A DNA stretch of 32,000 nt from Candidatus Saccharimonadota bacterium (GCF_023585745.1 NZ_CP097762.1:660001-692000), one strand, 5' to 3'; numbered from the stretch's first letter, positions 19,308 through 30,025 are shown. Notes: generated by a model from the sequence alone, not told the origin. Made by a program: numbers and translations.

Positions 19308-20270
19308 TTAAAAAAGTTTTTTAGCTATTTGTAACAAATCTGTTCGAAACGGTCTACGTGTGCATTGCGTAGCGTTGCCTATGTCGTGATGTACTAGTTT
19401 TTCGTTTTGAATACCAATGCACCTACCAGTGTGTCCTTGTAAAAGGAGTTCTATGGAATACGCACCCATTCTGGAAGCTAAAATTCGATCGTATGCTACT
19501 GGTTTACCTCCTCGTTGCAAATATCCTAATACAGTAGCCCGGGTTTCCCTGCCAGTTTTTTGCTCAATATATTGAGCTAAACATACTATGTTGCATATGT
19601 GTTCGGTAATAGTGATGATTGCATGTTTCTTTCCTTTAGAGATTCCAGATTTAATCTCATTTACTAAATCATTTTCATTAAATTCTATTTCTGGGACTAC
19701 AATAAATTCACATCCACCGGCAATTGCTGCAGCCATAGTTAAATCTCCACAATAACGTCCCATAACTTCTATAATAGAAATTCGTTGATGAGAAGAAGAT
19801 GTATCACGTAATTTGTCGATAGCATCTACGATAGTATTTAGCGCTGTAAAATAACCTATAGTATAGTCAGTCCCTGCAACATCATTATCAATCGTTCCTG
19901 GTAATCCTATACAAGGCAATCCTGCATCGTTTAATTTTTTAGCGCCTAAATATGATCCATCTCCTCCAATAACAACTAGTGCATCAATATGATGTATATT
20001 AAGATTGTTAATGGCCACGATTCTAGTAGAGTTATCTTTGAATTCGGGGAAACGAGCAGACCCTAGAAAAGTACCTCCTCGATTTATTATTTCTGAAACA
20101 CTACGATGGTTTAATCGTATCATACGGTTTTGGAATAAACCTAAATAGCCGTCATATATTCCATAAATTTCTAATCCTTCAGAAAGTCCAGCTCGTACTA
20201 CACCTCTGATGGCTGCATTCATTCCAGGAGAATCTCCTCCGCTTGTTAATACTCCTATTTTTTTGATCAT
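19308..20270 (-). CDS. pfkA: ATP-dependent 6-phosphofructokinase
   Basis: 320 aa, the same length as E. coli PfkA. Contains [37 protein letters not shown] and LGY.QRGG. Confidence 0.98.
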   Translation of the reverse strand: MIKKIGVLTSGGDSPGMNAAIRGVVRAGLSEGLEIYGIYDGYLGLFQNRMIRLNHRSVSEIINRGGTFLGSARFPEFKDNSTRIVAINNLNIHHIDALVVIGGDGSYLGAKKLNDAGLPCIGLPGTIDNDVAGTDYTIGYFTALNTIVDAIDKLRDTSSSHQRISIIEVMGRYCGDLTMAAAIAGGCEFIVVPEIEFNENDLVNEIKSGISKGKKHAIITITEHICNIVCLAQYIEQKTGRETRATVLGYLQRGGKPVAYDRILASRMGAYSIELLLQGHTGRCIGIQNEKLVHHDIGNATQCTRRPFRTDLLQIAKKLF

Positions 20271-20768
20271 TTTAAATAGCTCTATTATGTTATTATAGAT
20301 ATTACAGTCAAAATATATTGTTTATATTGTCAATATGACAAAGCAAATATAATTAATGATATTAATATATATATATATGAGTTGCATTAAATTTACTATA
20401 AATTGATAGTATATTAAATATTTTTCGTTTAAATACTATTTAATAAAAATTAAATAAGAACATCAATATAATTATTATGTATAAATAGAATTAATTATTA
20501 TTAAATAATTTATATTTTAGGTGCCTATTTTATAGGAATATTATATTATTTATGTAATAGATTATTTATCTTTGTATTAGTGCATATTTTATAGAACTAA
20601 TATTATTTAGTTTATATAAAATATATAGATAATTTTTTTATTCATATAGATAAAAATTAATCTACTAGATTTTATAAAAACATTAAGAATAACAATGTTA
20701 TGTTGTAGTGGAAAAATTTTTTTCTTCTTAAGTTATTAACGTTTATTCAATAAATAATTTAATAACTT

Positions 20769-21548
20769 TTAAAGTTTTTTGATTAGTTTCGCTGGTATAC
20801 CTGTTACAGTGGAATAAGGCGGTACAGAATGCAATACAACTGAACCCGCTCCAATTTTAGCTCCATATCCTATTTCAATATTCCCTAAAATAATAGATCC
20901 AGCGCCTATCATTGCTTTTTGTCTAATTTTAGGGTGACGATTTCCTTGAGTTTTTCCAGTACTACCTAAAGTTACTGATTGCATTATAGTTACATTATTT
21001 TCTATTACTGACGTTTCTCCTATTACTATACCAGTTGCATGATCCATCATGACACCGCATCCAATATTAGCAGCAGGGTGAATATCTACATTAAAAGTCT
21101 TAGTGTTATAATTATAGAGATATATAGCTAGTTCTTGACGATTATTGTGCCACAACCAATTTGAAATTCGATGAATTTGCAAAGTATGAAATCCTTTTAA
21201 ATATAAGAAAGGAGTAATGTATTTAGTTATAGCTGGATCATTCGCGTGTATTGCATAAATATCTTTTGCAGCAGCAGTAATTATATTTTCATCAGAATCA
21301 TATATGTTTTGTATTATTTTTAATATACCAGTGATAGATACATCTATATTAGCTAATTTTTTAGCAATAATATGTATTAATGCATCCTTAAAACTTTTAT
21401 GTTTTAATAAGGAGTTATATATGAAATTAGTTAAAATAGGTTCAGAATCAATTAATAATCTTGATTCAATTTGAATATTATTCCAAATAATTTCTAGTAC
21501 ATTTTTAGGAATAGAAAAATTTTTTTGGGCAATATGTAAATTATTCAT
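20769..21548 (-). CDS. cysE: serine O-acetyltransferase
   Basis: Has the SAT N-terminal domain (LEIIWNNI) plus left-handed beta-helix hexapeptide repeats (DIHPAA.IG.G.M.DHATGIVIGET, GAGSIILGNIEIGYGAKIGAGSVV). The first ATG at 21548 lies 1 nt after the gpsA stop (TAAtATG). The track's TTG at 21560 would overlap gpsA by 11 nt. Confidence 0.93.
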   Translation of the reverse strand: MNNLHIAQKNFSIPKNVLEIIWNNIQIESRLLIDSEPILTNFIYNSLLKHKSFKDALIHIIAKKLANIDVSITGILKIIQNIYDSDENIITAAAKDIYAIHANDPAITKYITPFLYLKGFHTLQIHRISNWLWHNNRQELAIYLYNYNTKTFNVDIHPAANIGCGVMMDHATGIVIGETSVIENNVTIMQSVTLGSTGKTQGNRHPKIRQKAMIGAGSIILGNIEIGYGAKIGAGSVVLHSVPPYSTVTGIPAKLIKKL

Positions 21549-21549
21549 A

Positions 21550-22605
21550 TTAATTGTCAAAAAATTTAGTTGTTTTATGTAAGTTATGTTTTTGTGTATC
21601 TCTTAATAAAGAGATAGCTGCATCATGAATATTTTTTTTGTGATGTAGTATGTTGTATATTTGAGTGGTAATGGGCATATAGATATTATGTTGTTTAGAT
21701 AGCATATGTACTTCTTTTATATTGTATAATCCTTCTATTGTTTGTTTAACTATTTTTTGTGCTTTATTTTTGTCGAGTCCTTGTCCTAATAGCATTCCAA
21801 ATTTACGGTTTCTTGATTGATTGTCGGAACAAGTTAACAGAAGATCTCCTATTCCAGCTAATCCCATAAAGGTCTTTGATTGTGCTCCGATAGCTAATCC
21901 AAGTCTTGACATTTCTGCTAAACCCCGTGTAATTAACGCAGTTCGTGCATTAGCACCTAATCTCATTCCATCAGAGATACCTGCTCCAATAGCTATGATA
22001 TTTTTCACTGCTCCAGCGATTTGTACACCAATAGTATCTGTACTATTATAAATTTTAAAGTTTTTATTGCAGTGTAATATTTGTTGTAAATCATGAGTTA
22101 CAACAGAATCACTAGAAGCTAATATGATAGCTGTAGGTAAACCTATAGCAATTTCTTTAGCAAAAGTAGGCCCAGATATTATCGCAATAGGAGTGTTTTT
22201 ACCAAATATATCATATACTACGTCTTGTAATAATCGTCCGGTTTGGGGTTCTAAGCCTTTAGATGCGATAATAATACGAGTATTGCGTTGTGGTTTTGAT
22301 TTTTTTATTTGTGTTAAAACTTCGTTGAATACGTAGCTTGGAACAGCTATTAATATATTTTTACAATTAGATACGGCTTTTGTTAAAGATGCTTCTGGAT
22401 ATAATAATTTTGGAAAATGAATTTCGGGTAGATAAGTTGGGTTACACCGTTGCGTGTTAAGTTTATGTATATGTATAGGATTATGTCCCCATAATAATAC
22501 CGTGCGTCCGTTATCAGATAAAGTTATAGCCATAGCCGTACCGTAAGAACCAGCTCCAATGATAGTTATATCAGGATATATAGTCTTCTTAGAAGCGTTT
22601 TTCAT
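21550..22605 (-). CDS. gpsA: NAD(P)H-dependent glycerol-3-phosphate dehydrogenase
   Basis: 351 aa. It has the Rossmann motif IIGAGSYGTAMA, plus GPTFAKE, KN.IAIGAGISDG and NRKFG. The secB-gpsA-cysE order is as in E. coli. Confidence 0.97.
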   Translation of the reverse strand: MKNASKKTIYPDITIIGAGSYGTAMAITLSDNGRTVLLWGHNPIHIHKLNTQRCNPTYLPEIHFPKLLYPEASLTKAVSNCKNILIAVPSYVFNEVLTQIKKSKPQRNTRIIIASKGLEPQTGRLLQDVVYDIFGKNTPIAIISGPTFAKEIAIGLPTAIILASSDSVVTHDLQQILHCNKNFKIYNSTDTIGVQIAGAVKNIIAIGAGISDGMRLGANARTALITRGLAEMSRLGLAIGAQSKTFMGLAGIGDLLLTCSDNQSRNRKFGMLLGQGLDKNKAQKIVKQTIEGLYNIKEVHMLSKQHNIYMPITTQIYNILHHKKNIHDAAISLLRDTQKHNLHKTTKFFDN

Positions 22606-22635
22606 GGGGAAATTAAAATATTTATTATATTTAAA

Positions 22636-23091
22636 TTAATTTGTAGTTTTATTATTGTTATTGTTTTTTTTTAAAGATTGTATAAATAAGGTATTAAAAT
22701 TTATTGGATTTAAATTAATTTGGGGAAATGATCCTTTAGATATTTGATTATTAAAACATTCATTAACATATGGAAATAATATCTCTGGACAATATACGTG
22801 AAGATAACGTGCTATTTGTGTGTCGTTCAGTCCTGATATATTAAAAATACCAGCTTGTTTAATTTGACATAAAAAAGCTGTATTTTCGCCAATTTTTGCA
22901 GTTGCAGTAACACATAATGTTACTTCATATATATCTTTATATATGTTCTTAGAATTAGTATTTAAATCAACTTGAATTTTAGGACTCCAATGAATCTGGA
23001 AAATCTCGGGAGTATTTGGTGATTCGAATGAAATATCTTTAACGTAAATTCTTTGTATACAAAATGATATTTTATCGTTATTTTTTTGCAC
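22636..23091 (-). CDS. secB: protein-export chaperone SecB
   Basis: 151 aa. F.IQRIYVKDISFESPN...Q.AGIF...CP..LFPY matches SecB. It sits between grxC and gpsA. Confidence 0.95.
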   Translation of the reverse strand: MQKNNDKISFCIQRIYVKDISFESPNTPEIFQIHWSPKIQVDLNTNSKNIYKDIYEVTLCVTATAKIGENTAFLCQIKQAGIFNISGLNDTQIARYLHVYCPEILFPYVNECFNNQISKGSFPQINLNPINFNTLFIQSLKKNNNNNKTTN

Positions 23092-23150
23092 AAAAACTCC
23101 TATTTAAATAGTAGGTAGTAGGTAATAATGGATATGTTTTAGTTTTTATA

Positions 23151-23414
23151 CTATTTTAACAGTATATCTAATTTTCCTGAATCATTTAATAGAATCAAAT
23201 CATCTGATCCTCCAATATGTTTATTATTTATGAAAATTTGAGGAACCGTGGTGCGTCCGTTAGATCTTTCTATCATAGTTTTTACAATATTGTTTGATAA
23301 TTGAAGATTATCTATAGAAATTTCTGTAAAATTTAGTGATTTTTTTATTAGTAATTTTTTAGCACGATCACAGTATGGGCAGTTTTTTTTTGTATAAATT
23401 TCAATATTAATCAT
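23151..23414 (-). CDS. grxC: glutaredoxin 3
   Basis: 87 aa. Contains IEIYTK..CPYC.RAK.LL, GRTTVPQIFI, and HIGG.DDL. Confidence 0.96.
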   Translation of the reverse strand: MINIEIYTKKNCPYCDRAKKLLIKKSLNFTEISIDNLQLSNNIVKTMIERSNGRTTVPQIFINNKHIGGSDDLILLNDSGKLDILLK

Positions 23415-23449
23415 ATATTGTATATACCTTTATATGTTGAGACATTTCA

Positions 23450-23887
23450 TTATTTCAATAACACAGGAAAATTTCCAGTTTTCCAACCGATTATACCTCC
23501 ATGTAATACATATACTTCTTCAAATTTTAATTTACATAAGTTTCTCCTAACGGAATGAGCAATTATGTTATTATCATGTACTATAATTAACGGACTTTTT
23601 TTAAACTTTTTTAATTTATAAATATTATTATTTTTAATATCTGATATTAATATATGGAGGCTATTTATTATATGTCCTGATTTGTAATCATCTTTGTTAC
23701 GTATATCTATGACTATTGCGTTTTTTTTATTAATCAATAAAACAGCTTTATTGCTTTTAATTTCAGAGTTTCTAAATATCCAATTGTTAATCGATGTTGA
23801 TATAACGAGTACTAACAATACTATCCATATGGCACATAATATCATATGTTGTTGTATAAATGTTTTTATTTCTTCTATATAAATCAT
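23450..23887 (-). CDS. yibN: rhodanese-domain inner-membrane protein (YibN family)
   Basis: 145 aa. It has an N-terminal hydrophobic helix (ILCAIWIVLLVLVI), then a rhodanese-like fold (DIRNKDDYKSGHI..S...). Length and position upstream of grxC match E. coli yibN. Confidence 0.85.
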   Translation of the reverse strand: MIYIEEIKTFIQQHMILCAIWIVLLVLVISTSINNWIFRNSEIKSNKAVLLINKKNAIVIDIRNKDDYKSGHIINSLHILISDIKNNNIYKLKKFKKSPLIIVHDNNIIAHSVRRNLCKLKFEEVYVLHGGIIGWKTGNFPVLLK

Positions 23888-24388
23888 ATTAAATTTTTTA
23901 TTTAAATAAGTTATTTGTTAAACTTTAAGGTTTTGCAGTGTGGAATACACTAATATTACTATATGTAGCAATGATGATTACTGATTGATTTAAATTACAG
24001 CATATATTTTAAAAAATATTTTTAATATTATTAATATTTAATATGTAAAATAATATACATGTTATTTTAACATGTGTTAAAGTATTTTCAAATATAACCA
24101 TCCAATGTTATTGGATAATAACGACTTTTTTTTTAGCATTTATAGTAATTAACTATTCTATAAACACTTTAGAATATGCATATGTGCTTATTTTTTATAA
24201 GGATTATTTTTGTTTATAGTTATTTTGCGGAAAAAATTTTTGGTATTATTGTAGCGCGTATAATTTATTAAATTAAAATTAATATTTTATGAAAAATTAA
24301 AAAATTTTTGAAAATAAATATATTATTAGTTTTAGTAAATGAAACATTTAAGATTTTTTTGTGTTCTGAATACTTAATATGAGTAACA

Positions 24389-25333
24389 ATGATGATTATA
24401 GTTACAGGTGGTGCAGGTTTTGTGGGTTGTAATTTAATCAGAGCCTTAAATAAGATAAAACGTAAAGATATTTTAGTAGTAGATAATCTAAAAAATGGAA
24501 AAAAATATGTAAATTTAATAGGTTTGTACATTACAGATTATATAGATAAAAATTATTTTCTTAAATGTTTACTTACAGAACCTTCTTACATAAATAATAT
24601 AGATGTGGTATTCCATCAAGGGGCTTGTTCTTCTACTATTGAGTGGGATGGAGAATATATGATGAGAAATAATTATCAGTATTCTAAAGAACTATTATCA
24701 TATTGTATTAAAAATCATATTCCCTTTATATATGCTTCTTCTGCATCAGTATATGGAAAAAGTACTGATACATCGTTAGAGCACAAGCAACGTGAAAAAC
24801 CTATAAATATATATAGTTATTCTAAGTTTTTATTTGATCAATATGTACGTTCTATTTTGCCAAAAGTTACCTCTCAGATATGTGGATTAAGATATTTTAA
24901 TGTTTATGGTCCATATGAAATGCATAAAGGTAATATGGCTAGCATTATATATAGATTATATACACAGATTAAATCTAAAAAACATATAAAGCTATTTTGT
25001 GGTAGTAATGATATAAAAAGAGATTTTGTATATATTTCAGATATTGTGGATATAAATATTTGGGCCTGGGATACTGGAATATCCGGTATTTTTGATTGCG
25101 GTACTGGTGAATCCCAATCTTTTGAATTAATAGCTAATATTGTTTTAGATTTTTTCGATCGGGATTTAACTATTAAGTATATTCCTATGCCAAGCTATTT
25201 ATGCAATCATTATCAATTTTTTACTAGGGCAAATGTTGAACAGTTAAGAATAGTGGGTTATGAAAAAAAATTTTTTGATGTAAAAAATGGTATATTTAAT
25301 TATTTAAATTGGTTGTTATATAACGGTATTTAA
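24389..25333 (+). CDS. hldD: ADP-L-glycero-D-manno-heptose 6-epimerase
   Basis: 314 aa SDR. Contains IIVTGGAGFVG, HQGACSST, YQYSKELL, YSYSK (YxxxK) and RYFNVYGP.E.HKG.MAS. There are tandem ATGs at 24389 and 24392, and the second aligns with E. coli MIIVTGG. Confidence 0.97.
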   Translation: MMIIVTGGAGFVGCNLIRALNKIKRKDILVVDNLKNGKKYVNLIGLYITDYIDKNYFLKCLLTEPSYINNIDVVFHQGACSSTIEWDGEYMMRNNYQYSKELLSYCIKNHIPFIYASSASVYGKSTDTSLEHKQREKPINIYSYSKFLFDQYVRSILPKVTSQICGLRYFNVYGPYEMHKGNMASIIYRLYTQIKSKKHIKLFCGSNDIKRDFVYISDIVDINIWAWDTGISGIFDCGTGESQSFELIANIVLDFFDRDLTIKYIPMPSYLCNHYQFFTRANVEQLRIVGYEKKFFDVKNGIFNYLNWLLYNGI

Positions 25334-25375
25334 TATGTTTTAAAGAACATAAGTTATATATGGTGTGTTCATTTT

Positions 25376-26428
25376 ATGAAATTATTAGTTATTAGTCCTT
25401 CTTGGCTTGGAGATGCTGTGATGTCTCATAGTATGTATCGTTTGCTTGTAGCACGGTATGCTCCTAAATCTGTAAGAATAGATGTAGTAGCACCGACGTG
25501 GTGTAAAGATGTGCTTAATTATATGCCAGAAATTAATAAAACTTTTGTTTTACCTTATAGTCATGGGGACTTAGCATTATTGAAATGTTATAATTTTGGA
25601 AAACTTTTAAGATTTAAAAATTATCAGCAAGCTATAGTATTACCTGATTCATTGAAATCAGCTTTAATACCGTTCTTTGCAAAAATCCCACTTCGTACTG
25701 GGTGGCTTGGTGAATATAGATATGGTTTTTTAAATGATGTAAGGATATTAAATGTTCAATCATTTCCATTGATGATTCAACGTTACGCATCATTAGTATA
25801 TAATAAAAATGTTGTGCGTAATTTTTGTGATTTACCTAGTCCATTACCTTATCCGTGTTTGGATATCAGCGAAACAGAAATTTCAAGTGTATTATGTAAA
25901 TTTAATTTGCATGATCACAGAAAGCGTTTAATTGGTTTATGTCCAGGAACGGCATCTGGGTTATATAAAAGTTGGCCGCAGTGTTATTATGTAACACTAG
26001 CAATACAATTAATTTATCGCGGATACTATATAGTTATTTTAGGGGCATATCAAGATAATATAATTAGTAAATTTATTGATTGCAGCATATTAACAAATTT
26101 AGAAAAATATTATTTCAATCTGATTGGCAGAACATCAGTAAAAGAAGTTATTGCTATAATCGCTTCTTGTAAAGCAGTAGTCAGTAACGATTCTGGTTTA
26201 ATGCATGTAGCTTCTGCGTTACAATGTCCTGTAGTAGGAATATATGGATTATTAAGTAACCCAAAATTCACGCCTCCCCTGTATAAACGATCTATTATAT
26301 TACGTGATATTAGTGAGGATTATTATAATAAAAACTTATATGGAAGTAGCACTGATCATTATCATAGTAGTTTAATAAATATTAAACCTGATAGGGTATT
26401 AGAAGCATTAGGAATATTGTTAAGCTAA
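25376..26428 (+). CDS. waaF: LPS heptosyltransferase II
   Basis: 350 aa GT9. Contains LVISPSWLGD, P.RTGW.GE.RYG.LND, NDSGLMHVA and H.SL..I.P.RVLE. It is collinear with E. coli WaaF. Confidence 0.95.
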   Translation: MKLLVISPSWLGDAVMSHSMYRLLVARYAPKSVRIDVVAPTWCKDVLNYMPEINKTFVLPYSHGDLALLKCYNFGKLLRFKNYQQAIVLPDSLKSALIPFFAKIPLRTGWLGEYRYGFLNDVRILNVQSFPLMIQRYASLVYNKNVVRNFCDLPSPLPYPCLDISETEISSVLCKFNLHDHRKRLIGLCPGTASGLYKSWPQCYYVTLAIQLIYRGYYIVILGAYQDNIISKFIDCSILTNLEKYYFNLIGRTSVKEVIAIIASCKAVVSNDSGLMHVASALQCPVVGIYGLLSNPKFTPPLYKRSIILRDISEDYYNKNLYGSSTDHYHSSLINIKPDRVLEALGILLS

Positions 26429-26458
26429 ATTAATTATTTTTAAAATGGCAGTGATTTT

Positions 26459-27424
26459 ATGAAAGTTTTAATTGTCAAACTTTCTTCTATGGGAGATATT
26501 ATACATACTTTACCTGCTGTCACTGATGCAGCAAATTCTATACTAAATATAGAATTTGATTGGGTAGTAGAAGAGACTTTTTCTGAAATTCTTAGATGGC
26601 ATCCTGCGGTATTTAAGGTGATTCCAGTCAATCTAAGGATGTGGATAAGGAATTTTTATCATTTTTCTTCATGGAAGCAATATTATTATTTTATTAGTAG
26701 GTTAACAAAAAAAGAATATGATATTGTTATTGATGCTCAGGGTTTATTAAAAACGTCTTTATTAATAACCCGTATTGCTCGTGGTGAAGTACATGGGATG
26801 GATTGTGAAAGTGTTCGGGAAACTATGAGTGTTTTTTTTTATCATAAAAAACATTTTATTGAAAAGAAACAACATTCTATTGAAAGAATTAGACAATTGT
26901 TTTCTTGTAGTTTAGGTTATTCAGTACCTCAAGCTATGGGGCAATATGGTTTGCGTTCTTTATTTTTACGAAAAAAAAATAATGTTCCTTATTTGATCTT
27001 TTTTCATTCTACTACTAAAGCGAAAAAACATTGGCCAGAGTTTTATTGGCATTTTATTATAAAATATGCTATATCTTCCGGATATCATATAAAATTACCT
27101 TTTTGGGGGAGATCAGAGGAATTACGAGTGCGGCGATTAGTAGCTTCTTACACTCATCAAACTACTATTTTGTCAAAATTAACATTACGAGATATTGCTG
27201 TTCAAATATCTGGTGCGACGGCAATTATATCAGTTGATACTGGATTAAGTCATTTAGCAGCAGTATTGGGTTGTCCCAATTTAACGTTATATGGCCCGAC
27301 GGATCCTAAATTAATTGGGACATGTGGGAAAAATCAAGTTATTTTGCATTCTGCTACAAAAAAAATGGAAAATCTTTCCCCAGAAGAAGTGTGGGAGGTT
27401 TTTCAAAAAGTGTTAAATATGTGA
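26459..27424 (+). CDS. waaC: LPS heptosyltransferase I
   Basis: 321 aa GT9. Contains MKVLIVKLSSMGDIIHTLPAVTDA, FDWVVEE, DAQGL.K, KHWP, VDTGLSHLAA and YGPTDP.LIG. It is collinear with E. coli WaaC. Confidence 0.96.
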   Translation: MKVLIVKLSSMGDIIHTLPAVTDAANSILNIEFDWVVEETFSEILRWHPAVFKVIPVNLRMWIRNFYHFSSWKQYYYFISRLTKKEYDIVIDAQGLLKTSLLITRIARGEVHGMDCESVRETMSVFFYHKKHFIEKKQHSIERIRQLFSCSLGYSVPQAMGQYGLRSLFLRKKNNVPYLIFFHSTTKAKKHWPEFYWHFIIKYAISSGYHIKLPFWGRSEELRVRRLVASYTHQTTILSKLTLRDIAVQISGATAIISVDTGLSHLAAVLGCPNLTLYGPTDPKLIGTCGKNQVILHSATKKMENLSPEEVWEVFQKVLNM

Positions 27425-28572
27425 TATTATATATTTAATTGTAAAATACTTCAAGTTTTATAATAAAATTAACTGTAAATTTGACTGATATTAATGTGTT
27501 GCATGATTGTAGTAATTTAAAATTTGATAATTTATTTATATAATTTAGTGTATAAGATAGTGTATTAATTATATTAAATATTTTAAATTTATATTTAAAA
27601 TAATGTTTTATATATTTTATATGTGCTAATGATAATTATATTTAATTAAGTATATTTAATGTTTAAAAATTTAATTTTTTGAAATTAATGCTCTTTTTAT
27701 TTGTTATTAAACAACTAAGTAAAAAATTTTATAAATATTATTTGTATTATAATTAATTTTATATTAATGTATTTAATTTATAAAAATTAAATAATAATTA
27801 ATTATTTGTGAATAGAAATATATTATATTTATATATAATTGATAAGATCGAGTTATAACTAGAATATTTAATAGATCTAAAAATTATTAAAATAAAATTA
27901 TTAAATATAATCAAATATATTAAAATAGTATTTTAATATATTAATCACAGACATAAAAAATTTATTTATTTTTAATTAGTATACTGTATGTTTAGTAAAA
28001 ACGTGAATTTTTATTAATATTAATAAATAATTATAATGTTTAAATTTTATATAAATTTTAATTTATGACATTATTGAATATATTTCAATATATATTAAAA
28101 GTATAAAAGATCATTTATTTGATGCATATATAAATAATTATATAAAGTATTTTATTTAATGTAATAATATTAAAATATAAATTTTTGGAATTGTTTTTTA
28201 GAAATATAATTTTGTATTTTACAATAAATTGTTTTTGCAATAAAATTTAATTTATTTTTATTATTAGAAACTATATATCTTATGTATATTAGATAATTAT
28301 AATATAGAGAATAATATTTATTATAATGTATATTATTACTAATAACTGTGGTGTTATATTATTAATTAAGTTTTGAAGAAATAAAAGTTTTATTTTTTTT
28401 TAAAACTAAATACAAAATATATAAATTGATTGATTAATATTTAATAAAATTTAATTAGTTTTTATAAATATATTTTTAATAAATTATATTAGCGAATAAA
28501 TTACATTTATTTATAGAATTTGCATTATTTTAAGCATACGAAAATATATAATTTATTGTTGTGTAGAATGCT

Positions 28573-29853
28573 ATGTATACTATATATATAGTGATATATC
28601 GTGTTATTTTATATGTCATTCAACCATTAATTTGGATAAGTTTGCTATGGTATTGCATAAGATTTCCGTATTATCGTAAAAATTGGTTGGAGCGTTATGG
28701 ATTTTTAAATAAGAAGCGTGTTAAACCTAATGGGATTATATTGCATGCTGTGTCTCTAGGAGAGACTCTAGCGGCTGTTCCTTTAGTAAAGATTTTACAA
28801 AAACATTACCCAGGAGTTAATATTACATTAACAGCAATGACTCCCACTGGAATAGAATTAGCTAAATCTATTTTTAAAAAAAATGTTATTTGCAGTTATT
28901 TACCGTATGATTTGCCTGGTTCTGTAAATCGATTTGTTTCTCGAGTTCAACCCAAATTAGTTATTGTTATGGAAACAGAATTGTGGCCGAATTTAATCAA
29001 TATATTATATAAACGCGATATTCCTTTTATTATCGTTAATGCACGATTATCTTGTCGTTCTTTTAAAAGGTACAAAAAATGTGGTTATTTTATTTCATTG
29101 CTTATGAAACGTGTGACTTTAGTAGCTGCTCAAAATATAGAAAATGCTTCTCGATTTTTACAACTCGGTATGAAAAAGGATAGATTATTCATTACTGGTA
29201 ATTTAAAGTTTGATATAGAAATATCGTATGATTTATTAAAGAAAATTTCGGTTTTAAAAAAAACTTGGGTTAAAACTCGTCGAGTATGGATAGCTGGCAG
29301 CACACATTCTGGGGAAGAAATTGTATTATTGCAAGCACATAAAATTCTTTTAAAGAGCTTTCCAGATTTATTATTGATTATTGCACCTAGACATCTGGAG
29401 CGTACCTTTAGTGTTAAAAGTATTACTGAATGTGCTGGTTTTTCTTATATTATGAGTAGTGATAAGATAGATCCATCAGCAGAAATTCAAGTGGTAATTA
29501 ATGATGTTGTTGGTGAATTAATGTTATTGTATGGAATATCAGATATAGCATTTGTTGGCGGTAGCTTAGTACGGCATGGTGGGCATAATCCATTAGAACC
29601 AGCAGCGCATTCTATTCCTGTAATTATGGGTCCATATACTTTTAATTTTTATGATATTTGTATGAAATTACATGAATCGAATGGATTGATTACTATTTTT
29701 GACGATAAGTCTTTAGCAAGTGTCATTACTCAGTTATTAATTGATGGTCAGGCTCGTAGAAATTATGGAGATAGAGCATTTAAAGTATTAAAATGTAATC
29801 AAGGTGTTCTAAAAAATTTATTATATCTATTGAATCGTTATCTATTAGTTTAA
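28573..29853 (+). CDS. waaA: 3-deoxy-D-manno-octulosonic acid (Kdo) transferase
   Basis: 426 aa. Contains IQPLIWI, ERYGF, HAVSLGETLAA.PLV, METELWPNLI, NARLS, PRH.ER, and GGSLV.HGGHNPLEPAAH. It is collinear with E. coli WaaA. Confidence 0.97.
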   Translation: MYTIYIVIYRVILYVIQPLIWISLLWYCIRFPYYRKNWLERYGFLNKKRVKPNGIILHAVSLGETLAAVPLVKILQKHYPGVNITLTAMTPTGIELAKSIFKKNVICSYLPYDLPGSVNRFVSRVQPKLVIVMETELWPNLINILYKRDIPFIIVNARLSCRSFKRYKKCGYFISLLMKRVTLVAAQNIENASRFLQLGMKKDRLFITGNLKFDIEISYDLLKKISVLKKTWVKTRRVWIAGSTHSGEEIVLLQAHKILLKSFPDLLLIIAPRHLERTFSVKSITECAGFSYIMSSDKIDPSAEIQVVINDVVGELMLLYGISDIAFVGGSLVRHGGHNPLEPAAHSIPVIMGPYTFNFYDICMKLHESNGLITIFDDKSLASVITQLLIDGQARRNYGDRAFKVLKCNQGVLKNLLYLLNRYLLV

Positions 29854-30025
29854 ATGTAATGTTATGTTAATGATATTAGTTGATTGATTTCGATAATATG
29901 TTTTTGTTATTTTTAATAGCTTAAATAAAATTAACGAATTTATTATATAAAATAGTTATTTTTTTAAATTTTACATATAAATTAATTGTGATATCAGATG
30001 AGTTATATAATGAACATTAAAATAC

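Noticed and set aside
24100-24134. 7-bp hairpin atccaat-gtt-attggat followed 9 nt later by T9 on the plus strand, in the yibN-hldD divergent spacer
   Set aside because: The stem is short, the U-run is too far from it, and there is no upstream plus-strand gene to terminate. It is not convincing as a terminator.
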